Assembly (NCBI GenBank): GCA_047920915.1
Contig: JBLRXB010000001.1
Coordinates: 1 to 54,437, forward strand
Direction: 5' to 3'
Length of the DNA: 54,437 nucleotides
Source: Kiritimatiellia bacterium
Lineage (GTDB): Bacteria > Verrucomicrobiota > Kiritimatiellia > UBA8416
Of the stretch, positions 1 through 9,176 are shown in pieces; positions within the stretch are counted from its first letter, which is position 1; every line of letters begins with the position of its first letter. Below the pieces are notes generated by a model. The model worked only from the letters and a program-made list of their open reading frames with translations, made no database searches and was not told the origin of the DNA. Both the position numbers and the translations under genes were made by a program.

Positions 1-113
1 AAGAAAGGACCCGCATGCCGATGTCTACCACCCGTGCCAGCACACCCCGCACCGAATCCTGCGCACAAACACACCAGCAACACAACGCGTGCCAGATTAC
101 TGCAACTATGCAT
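1..113 (-). CDS. possible 5' end of a secreted/lipoprotein gene running off the left edge (partial)
   Basis: ATG at 113-111 on the minus strand, with the frame open to position 1. Hand translation MHSCSNLARVVLLVCLCAGFGAGCAGTGGRHRHAGPF shows a hydrophobic signal-peptide-like core followed by Cys. No clear SD. Too short and truncated to appear in the ORF track. Confidence 0.25.
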   Translation of the reverse strand, partial: MHSCSNLARVVLLVCLCAGFGAGCAGTGGRHRHAGPF

Positions 114-128
114 GCGGATCAACAAGAG

Positions 129-1199
129 TTACACCCCCGCGTAGGTCTGGATTTGCTCATCAATCCCAAAAAGCGAGGCAATCAGTGCCGCCCGGATCCA
201 CATTCCATTACGCATTTGACGCCAATACACCGCCCGCGAATCACCATCTACTTCCGTCGCGATCTCATCGCGACGCGGCAAGGGATGCAAGATAGCAGCA
301 TCCCTCTTCATCATATCCAGTTCGGCCAGACCAATCCGATAGCGCGCGGCATCGTACACCGTGCACGCGCCATCTGCCGCATCCCATTCATTCTGAACAC
401 GCGTCATGTAAACGGCATCCGCTCCCGGCAATTGAGCCTTCAAATCATCACACAACTGGAACCGAACACCGCGCGCCCGCAAAAGAGCCTGGATATCAGC
501 ACCGATCTGAAGGGCATCCGGCGCCACAAAACACTGCTCAACATCGCGATACTGGGTCAACAAAACCGACAGCGACCGCACGGTTCGCCCCCGCTTGAGA
601 TCCCCCGCAAATACAATGCGCTTGCCATCGATCCCTCCCCGCTCCTCGAAACTGCGCTGCAACGTGTAAATATCCAGTAGTGCCTGCGTGGGATGCTGGT
701 CTTTCCCGGATCCCGCATTAATCACAGGAACCGGTCGTTCGGATTGCGAAAGCAACCACGCCACCCGCTCCGCTAGACCCCCAATCTCGCTGCGCATGAT
801 GATCAAATCAAAATACGAACTGAACGTGCGCACCGAATCGTCGCGCGTCTCCCCCTTGAACTCACTGGAAGTTGAAGGATTACGCACCTCCCCCATTTTC
901 AACCCCAGTATCTCACACGCCGCGCAAAACGACAAAAAAGTACGCGTGCTGGGCTGTGTAAAAAAGAGCATCGCACGTTTGTGCGAAAGCGTGCTCTGCA
1001 GAAAATCACTGCCCGCGTGTGTTTTGGCGATACGCCGTATCCGCGTGGCAAGCACCCCCAGCGCATCCAAACGTGCCCGCCCGAACTGCTGCGCCAAAAT
1101 TACATGTTTTTCGCGCTGACCATCCCCGAAGTAAATCGCCTTCTCAGATGCAGAAAACGCATGAAATGTCTCCCAGTCAAGATTCACCAGTGACCCCAT
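129..1199 (-). CDS. pyrB: aspartate carbamoyltransferase catalytic chain-like protein (356 aa, about 28-aa N-terminal extension)
   Basis: ATCase signatures FFTQPSTRTFLSF (carbamoyl-phosphate loop), KGET, HPTQALLD, LKRGRTVRS, MTRVQNE and LHPLPRRDEI. ATG start preceded by AGGGGGGA. Confidence 0.75.
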   Translation of the reverse strand: MGSLVNLDWETFHAFSASEKAIYFGDGQREKHVILAQQFGRARLDALGVLATRIRRIAKTHAGSDFLQSTLSHKRAMLFFTQPSTRTFLSFCAACEILGLKMGEVRNPSTSSEFKGETRDDSVRTFSSYFDLIIMRSEIGGLAERVAWLLSQSERPVPVINAGSGKDQHPTQALLDIYTLQRSFEERGGIDGKRIVFAGDLKRGRTVRSLSVLLTQYRDVEQCFVAPDALQIGADIQALLRARGVRFQLCDDLKAQLPGADAVYMTRVQNEWDAADGACTVYDAARYRIGLAELDMMKRDAAILHPLPRRDEIATEVDGDSRAVYWRQMRNGMWIRAALIASLFGIDEQIQTYAGV

Positions 1200-1240
1200 A
1201 TGATCCCCCCTGCACTACATGTAATACCTGAAACCGTTCA

Positions 1241-2233
1241 TCATGCCCCTGCCGTGGCAACAAACAATGCCTTCATCGTATGCATCTTGTTCTCAGCCTG
1301 CTCAAAAACCCGCGAACAGGGCCCTTCAAACACATCATCGGTCACCTCAAGCGCCCCGAGATCTCGCGTAACCTCCGTATTCGAATCATGGAACGCCGGC
1401 AAACAGTGCAAGAAAATCAGTTGTCCGTCATGCGAATGCCCCGTGCGTGCCATCAAATCGGCATTGACTTGATAAGGCCGCAAGAGAGACAAGCGATCTG
1501 CCTGCTGCGACTCTTCTCCCATCGATACCCAGACATCCGTGTACACGACATTCGCATCCGCCACCGCAACCGACGGATCATGCACAACACGGACCGAGCC
1601 ACCATTAAACTGGGCTCGCTCCTCGCACCAGCGCACCAGACGCTCGTCAGGAGACAACGACTCCGGCGTTCCGTTTACAAAATGCATGCCGGCCTTGGCG
1701 CACGCCAACATCAAGGAGGTAGCCACATTGTTGCGCCCATCCCCCACATACACCAGTTTGACACCACGCAAATTCCCAAAATGCTCGCGCACGGTCATCA
1801 AATCCGCCAGCGCCTGTGTCGGGTGATGCGAATCCGTCAATCCATTCCAAACCGGCACGCCTGCATGACGCGCTAGCAACTCGACCGTATCCTGTTTGTA
1901 ACCCCGAAAGAGAATACCATCGAACATCCGCCCCAGCACACGTGCCGTATCCGCAACCGACTCTTTTTTGCCCAGATGTATGTCATGCGTTGTAAGAAAC
2001 TCTGTATAACCACCTTCGTCCGCTGCGGCAACCGCACAAGCACACCGCGTGCGCGTCGACATCTTCTCAAAAATTAACGCTATGTTCTTTCGCGCTAACC
2101 GCTGCGGCCATTCACCGGTTCTTTTTTGCGCCTTCAAAAGATCGGCAACCTGCAACAAATACAATAACTCGCCATCCGTCAAATCTGTGATTTTCAGTAA
2201 TGACCGCCCGATAAGCTGTTTCCCGATATCCAT
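1241..2233 (-). CDS. argF: ornithine carbamoyltransferase
   Basis: FEKMSTRTRCACAVAA, HPTQALADLMT, DVWVSMGEE and HCLPAFH motifs. Start moved to ATG 2233 (MDIGKQL...), which is preceded by GGGAGGA. The longer ORF N-terminus is hydrophobic junk. Confidence 0.85.
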   Translation of the reverse strand: MDIGKQLIGRSLLKITDLTDGELLYLLQVADLLKAQKRTGEWPQRLARKNIALIFEKMSTRTRCACAVAAADEGGYTEFLTTHDIHLGKKESVADTARVLGRMFDGILFRGYKQDTVELLARHAGVPVWNGLTDSHHPTQALADLMTVREHFGNLRGVKLVYVGDGRNNVATSLMLACAKAGMHFVNGTPESLSPDERLVRWCEERAQFNGGSVRVVHDPSVAVADANVVYTDVWVSMGEESQQADRLSLLRPYQVNADLMARTGHSHDGQLIFLHCLPAFHDSNTEVTRDLGALEVTDDVFEGPCSRVFEQAENKMHTMKALFVATAGA

Positions 2234-2399
2234 ACGTTCCTCCCTAAGCACGATACTGTGGGTTCGCGTTGCCGCGAAAAAATAAAGGTATAACACCACC
2301 ATCAACAATGCCAGCGTTTTAGATCGTCAGCGCATGCCAGAAAAGCAGGCCAGACCGTGCGCCGATAGGAAAGAGCCCCGCCAACCCTTACGCCAATCG

Positions 2400-2855
2400 T
2401 TACACATCCGCAAGTGCCGCAACACACTGGAGATCACCAATCAACTGCCGCCAACGGCGTATACAATCCTCGTCCCCGATTGTCTCGGTGATTTCAACAC
2501 CCAGCCAACGTGAAATCAGGCCATCCTCTTCAAATTCCTGCTCCCAGGCCACACGACCCATGTGCAAGAAAGACCCATCACCGCGATCGAGCAGCTCAAT
2601 ATCCATCTTCAGTATGGCGGCTAAAGGCACACGGGTATGCACCCGGAAACGTACACCACGCCAGGAAAGATCATCCGTCCAGCAGTCATAGCACCGACCT
2701 TCTATCGCAGGAATATTCGGCGCCGACAAAACCGTCAAACGAATGGGGGTGCGGACGGCTATGCGCGGCTCGCGACGACAATCTTCATGCGACACGTGAG
2801 ACTTCACCTGATTGCTCGGCACTACATCGTCCACCATATGTCTCCCATACTCCAC
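2400..2855 (-). CDS. stand-alone PilZ-domain protein (putative c-di-GMP receptor)
   Basis: RREPR (RxxxR) is followed about 30 aa later by DLSWRG (DxSxxG), the bipartite PilZ signature. The ORF opens with GTG at 2855. An alternative ATG at 2837 has GGAGA close upstream. Confidence 0.6.
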   Translation of the reverse strand: MEYGRHMVDDVVPSNQVKSHVSHEDCRREPRIAVRTPIRLTVLSAPNIPAIEGRCYDCWTDDLSWRGVRFRVHTRVPLAAILKMDIELLDRGDGSFLHMGRVAWEQEFEEDGLISRWLGVEITETIGDEDCIRRWRQLIGDLQCVAALADV

Positions 2856-3068
2856 CGCAATAAAGCACGAATATCATCAAACAGGCAACCGACAGGTGCC
2901 AATTTACCGATAAACCCGAGACGTAGCAACACACAAGTTATACGAAACCAGTATCTCGCATGACCCGACCAGACGCAAGTCGCATACCGGGCAAACCATT
3001 CGACATACAAAATGACTTGCAAACAGAGCACAGATCATTATTGCTTATCTCCTATGAGGAATATACAC

Positions 3069-4742
3069 ATGAAAAGAATCACGCGCATATGGACCACCGG
3101 TAAATATCTCCCCTTGCTGACAGCCACCATGTTCCTGTTCGCCTGCCAGGCACGCGAAACCATGGTCGATAACGGCATCCGGCAAGGTATTCTGCACTTC
3201 GGAAATGCATCCGAACCACGCGAGCTCGATCCACAAGTCACCACTGGTGTTACGGAACAGAATATTCTATCCGCAGTCTTCGAAGGACTTGTCACAGAAG
3301 AACCCGGCACACTGAAGATCGTACCCGCCACGGCAGAACGATGGGATGTCCTTGATGACGGCGCACGCTATCGCTTCCATATCCGCCCGAATGCCCGCTG
3401 GTCAAATGGAGAACCCTTGCTCGCGGAACACTTCAAATATGCATTCCAACGCATTCTTTCACCAGAATTTGGTGCTCCATATGCATACATGCTCTACTGC
3501 ATCAAGGGCGCCGAAGATTTCCACCGGCAGCTCGCACAAGACTTCGATGACGTCGGCATCGCCATTCTCGACGCCAATATCCTCGAAATCACCCTGCATA
3601 CCCCCATCCCGCACTTTCTCACCAAACTCACCCACATGGCATGGTTCCCCGTCCACCCGCCAACCATCGAGCAACATGGCGGCATGACAGCGATCGGAAC
3701 AAGCTGGACCCGCCCCGCAACATTTGTCGGCAACGGACCCTTTGCTCTCTCGCAGTGGTATCCCAATCGCCATATCAAGGTGGTTCGTAATCCCCATTAC
3801 TGGGACCGGGACAAGGTAAAACTCAACGCCATCGTATTTTACCCCATCGGGGATCATGCCATCGAAGAACGCGCCTTCCGCGCCGGACAACTCCACATCA
3901 CCGGCACCGTGCCCGTCGAACGAATTGCCTACTACCAGCGCAATCATCCGGAAATCCTTTCCCTCGAACCCTATCTCGGAACCTATTACTACCTGCTCAA
4001 CACTAAACGCCCCCCGCTCGACAATCCCCACATACGCCGCGCGCTGGCCTTGACGATTGATCGCGAGCAAATCACGCGCGTCATCACACGCGCAGGCGAA
4101 ACCCCGGCTTTCCACTTTACGCCCCCCGCCACAGGCGACTACACAACCACCGCAAAACTGGAAGGAACACCGGATGAAGCACGGCAATTACTTGCCGACG
4201 CAGGCTTTCCCGGCGGACAAGGGTTCCCCGTACTGACGATCCTGTACAATACCGCTGACACCCATGCTCGCATCGCCGAGGCCATTCAGCAAATGTGGCG
4301 GCAGCAACTTGGCATACGCGTCGAATTAAACAATATGGACTGGAAAGTATATCTCGATGCCACACAGTCGGGGCAGTACGATATCGCTCGCGCAGGCTGG
4401 ATCGGGGATTATCTTGACCCCGAAACCTTTCTCAACCTATGGGTTACCGATGGCGGAAACAACCGGACCGGATGGTCACATCCGGAATATGACCGGCTCA
4501 TTCGTACCGCCGCAACAACCATCGATCCCATGCAGCGCCTGACGGCATTTCAACAGGCCGAAGACATCTTGATGCAAAAACTGCCCGTAATCCCCATTTA
4601 CTTCTATCGCAGCAAATCCTTGATTCACCCATCCGTCAGGGGCTATTACCCGAACTTGCTGGATCGGCACAGTTGGAAACATATCCATCTGGAACATCCC
4701 CGGAACGATGAAATACATGCGACGCAAGAACCTGCCCCTTGA
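3069..4742 (+). CDS. ABC-transporter substrate-binding lipoprotein, family 5 (peptide/nickel, OppA/DppA-like)
   Basis: Length and sequence are typical of the SBP_bac_5 family. N-terminus MKRITRIWTTGKYLPLLTATMFLFAC carries a lipobox (LFAC). GAGGA lies 10 nt upstream of ATG 3069. Confidence 0.8.
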   Translation: MKRITRIWTTGKYLPLLTATMFLFACQARETMVDNGIRQGILHFGNASEPRELDPQVTTGVTEQNILSAVFEGLVTEEPGTLKIVPATAERWDVLDDGARYRFHIRPNARWSNGEPLLAEHFKYAFQRILSPEFGAPYAYMLYCIKGAEDFHRQLAQDFDDVGIAILDANILEITLHTPIPHFLTKLTHMAWFPVHPPTIEQHGGMTAIGTSWTRPATFVGNGPFALSQWYPNRHIKVVRNPHYWDRDKVKLNAIVFYPIGDHAIEERAFRAGQLHITGTVPVERIAYYQRNHPEILSLEPYLGTYYYLLNTKRPPLDNPHIRRALALTIDREQITRVITRAGETPAFHFTPPATGDYTTTAKLEGTPDEARQLLADAGFPGGQGFPVLTILYNTADTHARIAEAIQQMWRQQLGIRVELNNMDWKVYLDATQSGQYDIARAGWIGDYLDPETFLNLWVTDGGNNRTGWSHPEYDRLIRTAATTIDPMQRLTAFQQAEDILMQKLPVIPIYFYRSKSLIHPSVRGYYPNLLDRHSWKHIHLEHPRNDEIHATQEPAP

Positions 4743-4821
4743 TCAGGTGCGACAGCGTGATAGACGCAACAACCTCGATTGAGCCGGAGTGATACCAGAC
4801 CCCATCTTTCAATGCCATCTA

Positions 4822-6498
4822 TCAGCCGTCAACCGCTACCGGCACCGAATGTCGCAAGGCCGGCAGGGTGCGCCGCACAACCGCTCGCAAATCATCTGCC
4901 GCAAAAGGTTTCTGCAAAAACGCCCAAGCCCCACGCTTGATCTCGCTGCGCACATAATCACGCGAAAATCCGGAAATCAAAATAATACGCGCATCCGGAT
5001 CAAAATCCTGGATTTTCTGTAGGACTACCGCACCATCCATACCCGGAATCATCCAATCGAGTATCGTCAAGGCGATATGTCCACTATTCGCACGGTACAA
5101 ATCAATGGCCTGATCACCGTTATCCGCCTCTAATACCGTAAACCCATCTTGCCGCAGCGCATCGACCATGAGCCGACGACGCTCGTGGTGATCTTCCACA
5201 ACCAGCAAGGTGCGATTATCAATGTTCTCATCCGCAAAATCCGTTTCCGATGCGTCAACATGCTTGGCCCGTGGCAACAAAAGGCGAACGATCGTGCCCT
5301 CGTCTGGCACACTCGAAATCTGGATGTCCCCCCCCCAGCGTTTCAAAATCTGCAGCGCTACGGGTAGACCCAAACCGAAAGCATGCTTGTCTTTTCGCGT
5401 CGTATAAAAAGGCTCGAATACCTTGGCAATTTCAGCCTCAGTCATACCGTGCCCCGTATCAACCACACTCACACAAATATGCTCCGTTTGATCGGAATCC
5501 AACTCGTGCCCCGCAGCGTCGATATTCCAATGGGCCACATCCACCCGAATAACCCCACCCTGCGACATGGCGTCAGCGGCATTCAAAAGGATGTTCATCA
5601 ACACATCAAGCAATTGCCCCGCATCAGCCATCACATACCAAGGCCGCGGATCAGGTGCAATTACCAGTCGTATATTACGCTCCTCGAATCCCGTCCCCAA
5701 AAGATCACGAGCCTTCTGCAGGGAAACATTCAGCGAAACAGCCTCGATATTTACACTCGCATCCGAACCGCTCATGCGTACGACACTTAACAACCGCTTC
5801 GTAAGTTCCGCCGCATGTTCGGCGGCGTCCAGAACCTGTGTGGCCGCATCATGCACACGCGTATTCGGCAAAAAACTATCCACCAGCATCGCGGCCTGAC
5901 TACGGATCACGCTGAGCGCATTCGCAAAATTGCTGCCAACACTATGCGCCACAGTCAAAACAGCCTCCAAACGCTCATTCTCAACCGCCATCTTGCGCAC
6001 CTGACGGCGCGCCGAAATATCCCGAATCCGCAGCAAGAGTGAATTACGCCCATGAAAAGACACTTGATCCGCACTCACACTCACTTCAACATGCTCACCG
6101 GCTGGCGTGACAAGCACCGTCTCGTAACGCTGCGGAAAAGCCTCACTACGAACCAACCGCCGATACATCTGCTGCGTACGAACAAGATCTGCCGCTGCAA
6201 TAAATTGGGTAAATTCATTCCCCAGCAGCATTTCCGCCTCGCAGCCAAGCATGTCGCAAAGACGCGGATTTACATAATAGACCTTGCGGTCCTCGAGCAT
6301 ACAAATCCCATCCGGAGAGGTCGAAAACAGCCCGAGCAAAAGCTCTTCGCTGCCGCGCAATTGTTGATGCGCTTCAGATAAGGCATGCCGCGCGGCATCG
6401 CGCTCTTCCATCAGACGGGCGATAACCGCAGGCCCCTGCTCGTCCGACCCTGCCAAAACAGCGGCTACGGCACCAGTCTGAATATCGCTCTCTGCCAT
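4822..6498 (-). CDS. cytoplasmic PAS-domain hybrid sensor histidine kinase / response regulator
   Basis: PAS-like region (SPDGICMLEDRKVYYVNPR), H-box AHSVGSNFANAL, N-box NILLNAADAM, G-boxes DTGHGM and GLGLPV. C-terminal receiver domain LLVVEDH...LTILDWMIPGMDG...K. No TM segment. AGGAGA before the ATG. Confidence 0.85.
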   Translation of the reverse strand: MAESDIQTGAVAAVLAGSDEQGPAVIARLMEERDAARHALSEAHQQLRGSEELLLGLFSTSPDGICMLEDRKVYYVNPRLCDMLGCEAEMLLGNEFTQFIAAADLVRTQQMYRRLVRSEAFPQRYETVLVTPAGEHVEVSVSADQVSFHGRNSLLLRIRDISARRQVRKMAVENERLEAVLTVAHSVGSNFANALSVIRSQAAMLVDSFLPNTRVHDAATQVLDAAEHAAELTKRLLSVVRMSGSDASVNIEAVSLNVSLQKARDLLGTGFEERNIRLVIAPDPRPWYVMADAGQLLDVLMNILLNAADAMSQGGVIRVDVAHWNIDAAGHELDSDQTEHICVSVVDTGHGMTEAEIAKVFEPFYTTRKDKHAFGLGLPVALQILKRWGGDIQISSVPDEGTIVRLLLPRAKHVDASETDFADENIDNRTLLVVEDHHERRRLMVDALRQDGFTVLEADNGDQAIDLYRANSGHIALTILDWMIPGMDGAVVLQKIQDFDPDARIILISGFSRDYVRSEIKRGAWAFLQKPFAADDLRAVVRRTLPALRHSVPVAVDG

Positions 6499-6580
6499 GA
6501 TTCTCTCCTGCGGTTGGCCCCTAAAACGGATGGTAGTCTAATGGTTCATCCTCCCCAGCGCAAGAAATCAATCAAGCGTC

Positions 6581-7345
6581 TTAATACGGCACACGCATAT
6601 CAATAAAGGAGGTCTCGACATCAAACTGCCTTGTCAACAACGGCCCAAGTGCTCGCACACCAAACGTCTCGGTAGCGTAATGACCACCAAAAACCACATG
6701 CACCCCATACTCCTGGGCTACACTATAGGCCGCCAACACCGGCTCACCTGTCAAAAGAACATCGATACCTTTACGACCAGCCTCCGCCACCATATCAGCC
6801 GCGCCCCCCGAAACAACAGCAACACTTTTTACCGTCGGAGAACCGAATTCCATCACACGCAAATCATCCTCGCGCAGCAGGATGCCCTTCACACGCTTCA
6901 CAAAGGCACCAATCGTTTCCGCTTTTCCCAACCGCCCCGCAAAACCGATACTCTGGCCGTGATACACACCAAATGGCAAGACGTTACGCAACCCCAGCGC
7001 ATTCACAATACAGGCATTGTTGCCATATACGCGATGCGCATCCAGAGGCAAGTGACAAGCATACAACGCAATGTTATGTTGCAGGAGAAATTTTACCCGC
7101 CGGTAATTCAGCTCCGTAATCCGACGCAGGGAATCACCCCAGCTTATGCCATGGTGACAAATCACCAGATCCGCACCCTCTTGTGCCGCAGCCTCAAAAA
7201 ATGACATCGAAGCATCCACACCGCAGCAAACCTTGCCAACAATACCACTATTTTCAACCTGTAGCCCGTTATGAGAGGAGTCCGTAAACGCCTCCACATT
7301 TAATTCACGATCCAGACACGCCACGATCGCCTGCAATGATGCCAT
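6581..7345 (-). CDS. Nif3-like dinuclear metal centre protein (YbgI / GTP cyclohydrolase 1 type 2 homologue family)
   Basis: Family-typical DSSHNGLQVE...CCGVDAS...GADLVICHHGISW...GGHYATE. Start placed at ATG 7345 (MASLQ). The ORF track uses GTG 7360. Confidence 0.8.
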   Translation of the reverse strand: MASLQAIVACLDRELNVEAFTDSSHNGLQVENSGIVGKVCCGVDASMSFFEAAAQEGADLVICHHGISWGDSLRRITELNYRRVKFLLQHNIALYACHLPLDAHRVYGNNACIVNALGLRNVLPFGVYHGQSIGFAGRLGKAETIGAFVKRVKGILLREDDLRVMEFGSPTVKSVAVVSGGAADMVAEAGRKGIDVLLTGEPVLAAYSVAQEYGVHVVFGGHYATETFGVRALGPLLTRQFDVETSFIDMRVPY

Positions 7346-7402
7346 ACCCCCCCCTCTCACCTAGATAACCGTCACCTGGCGGCTCTCTTTTTCAGCCTTC
7401 AC

Positions 7403-7702
7403 TTACAACCCCAGCTCCTCCAGTGCGATTTCTGCCGGCGTCCGGTATTTTTTCGTCTTATTACAAGCTTCACAGGCTGGCACCACATTTCCCTTCGTAC
7501 TGCGACCGCCTCGCGCAACAGGCACCACATGGTCCATCGTCAACTTACGCGCCCCCACGACCTTCCCACAATAATGACACACCCCATGCTGTAACTGCTG
7601 CTTCCACCAGATCGTCTGCTTTAGCTCCTGGGCACGCCGACGCTCTGCCGCCACATGGCGTTCATCCTTGCGTATATCAATCCAGTCCGCCATCCTCCCC
7701 AA
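7403..7702 (-). CDS. small HNH endonuclease-family protein (99 aa)
   Basis: CHYCG...LTMDHVVPVARGGRSTKGNVVPACEACNKTK is the Cys4 plus H-N-H core. Start is TTG 7702 or ATG 7693, and either overlaps the rseP 3' end. Confidence 0.7.
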   Translation of the reverse strand: MGRMADWIDIRKDERHVAAERRRAQELKQTIWWKQQLQHGVCHYCGKVVGARKLTMDHVVPVARGGRSTKGNVVPACEACNKTKKYRTPAEIALEELGL

Positions 7703-9164
7703 CCCCTTCCTGCAAGACAGCAGACTCGACCGGATACAGATCTAGATCCGGCTCCACCGCCTCTAGCGCATCTCGCTCTAGCAAAAAGCCACGCACACGC
7801 CGGCCAACGGGCGAACGATCAACGTCACGGAACGTCAGTGCGAGAAAAACACCAATCAGTAACAGCGCAAAAAAATTCACAAGGAAATTGATAACCTTCG
7901 CATGCACCGGCCGACGAAATACCCATTCCCACAAGGAAAATACGATATGTCCCCCATCCAGCACCGGAATAGGAAGCAGATTGATAATCGCCAGATTGAT
8001 ATTCAAGAACCCCGTAAACCAAACAGCCAACATCAAGCTGGCCTGAACCATACCATAATAATACACGATAATCGCAACAGGCCCTCCTACCATATTCGCC
8101 GCACGGGCCGATGTACGCGGACGCACCAAATCCCGCAAAAACCGAAAGATGGCGGATGCATGCAACCGAATCTGCGCCATCGGACGTGGATATACGCGAC
8201 TCCCGGTATCGAGTTGCTGCTCCGGCATGCGAAAACGGATGCCAATCCGCGGGTGCCCCGCCTCCGCATCCATGGCCGCAGCTACGGTCACAAGAACCTC
8301 CTGGCCATCTGAGCCCGCCCCGCGACGAACAAGCATCTCCTGCGGCTGATCAGCAAAGTCACGCACCAAGGCAATCATATGCGCACGCCCCAGCACAGCC
8401 ACTCCCGCAAAGGAAAGGATCTCATCACCAGGCAAGACACCCGCTTCGGCAGCACTCATACCCGGCTCCGCCTCATCAACCACAGCAGGCTCGATCGGAT
8501 CAATCCCGCCCACCATATGAACGCCATATTGCCAAGGCTCAGTCGGAACACGCACCAACAACGTACTGCCATCTGGACGCTGCAGCAAAAGCTCGACCTC
8601 ATCATACATGGCCGCCTCCTGCACAAACGCACTCCAGACCTCCACCGGGGTCCCGCCAACAGTCAGTATCCGATCACCAATCCGCGCACCCTGCTCATAC
8701 ATCACAGAAGACGGATCAATAAACCCGATCACCGTCTCCTGGTTCGCGATGGTTGCAGGCATACCCCGCAGAAAAACCATCCAGGCAAACACAATGGCCA
8801 ACAATACATTGCACGCGGCACCAGCCACCGAAACGAGAATCTTACGCCAGGGTGCCACATAAGGCAACGGATCGCCAACCTCTTCGGCACTCGCGCCCTG
8901 TACCGTCGACATGGCATTCGGATCCAGTTGCGGCAAAGCAACATAACCACCCAACGGCAAACAACCAATCTTGTAGACAACCCCATCAACCTCTTTCTGC
9001 CAGATTGCCGGACCAAAACCGATCGAAAAGGCCTTGATCTGCAAACCACACCAACGCGCCACCAGAAAGTGTCCCAGCTCATGCACAAAAATGGTCAAAC
9101 CAAAAAACATCACCACCACAATTGCGGTAAAGATGTTTCCAAAAAGCATCCCTAATATATCCAT
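7677..9164 (-). CDS. rseP: RIP site-2 metalloprotease RseP (M50 family, PDZ-containing)
   Basis: HELGHFLVARW (HExxH) in TM1, NLLPIPVLDGGH (LDG motif), central PDZ-like repeats. AGGAGA before ATG 9164. Confidence 0.88.
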   Translation of the reverse strand: MDILGMLFGNIFTAIVVVMFFGLTIFVHELGHFLVARWCGLQIKAFSIGFGPAIWQKEVDGVVYKIGCLPLGGYVALPQLDPNAMSTVQGASAEEVGDPLPYVAPWRKILVSVAGAACNVLLAIVFAWMVFLRGMPATIANQETVIGFIDPSSVMYEQGARIGDRILTVGGTPVEVWSAFVQEAAMYDEVELLLQRPDGSTLLVRVPTEPWQYGVHMVGGIDPIEPAVVDEAEPGMSAAEAGVLPGDEILSFAGVAVLGRAHMIALVRDFADQPQEMLVRRGAGSDGQEVLVTVAAAMDAEAGHPRIGIRFRMPEQQLDTGSRVYPRPMAQIRLHASAIFRFLRDLVRPRTSARAANMVGGPVAIIVYYYGMVQASLMLAVWFTGFLNINLAIINLLPIPVLDGGHIVFSLWEWVFRRPVHAKVINFLVNFFALLLIGVFLALTFRDVDRSPVGRRVRGFLLERDALEAVEPDLDLYPVESAVLQEGVGEDGGLD

Positions 9165-9176
9165 CGCTCATATCTC

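Noticed and set aside
15-680. 221-aa plus-strand ORF at the left edge
   Set aside because: It lies entirely antisense to the well-supported pyrB-like gene. Its composition is low-complexity and rich in Arg, Pro, Thr and His, as expected for the reverse frame of a skewed-composition gene. It has no motifs.
2263-2278. Hairpin TTCGCG-TTGC-CGCGAA 30-45 nt upstream of argF, considered as a terminator for the PilZ gene
   Set aside because: On the minus strand the T-run precedes the stem instead of following it. On the plus strand the stem is followed by an A-run. It is more likely part of the argF leader or promoter, with function undetermined. I could not recognise an ARG box.
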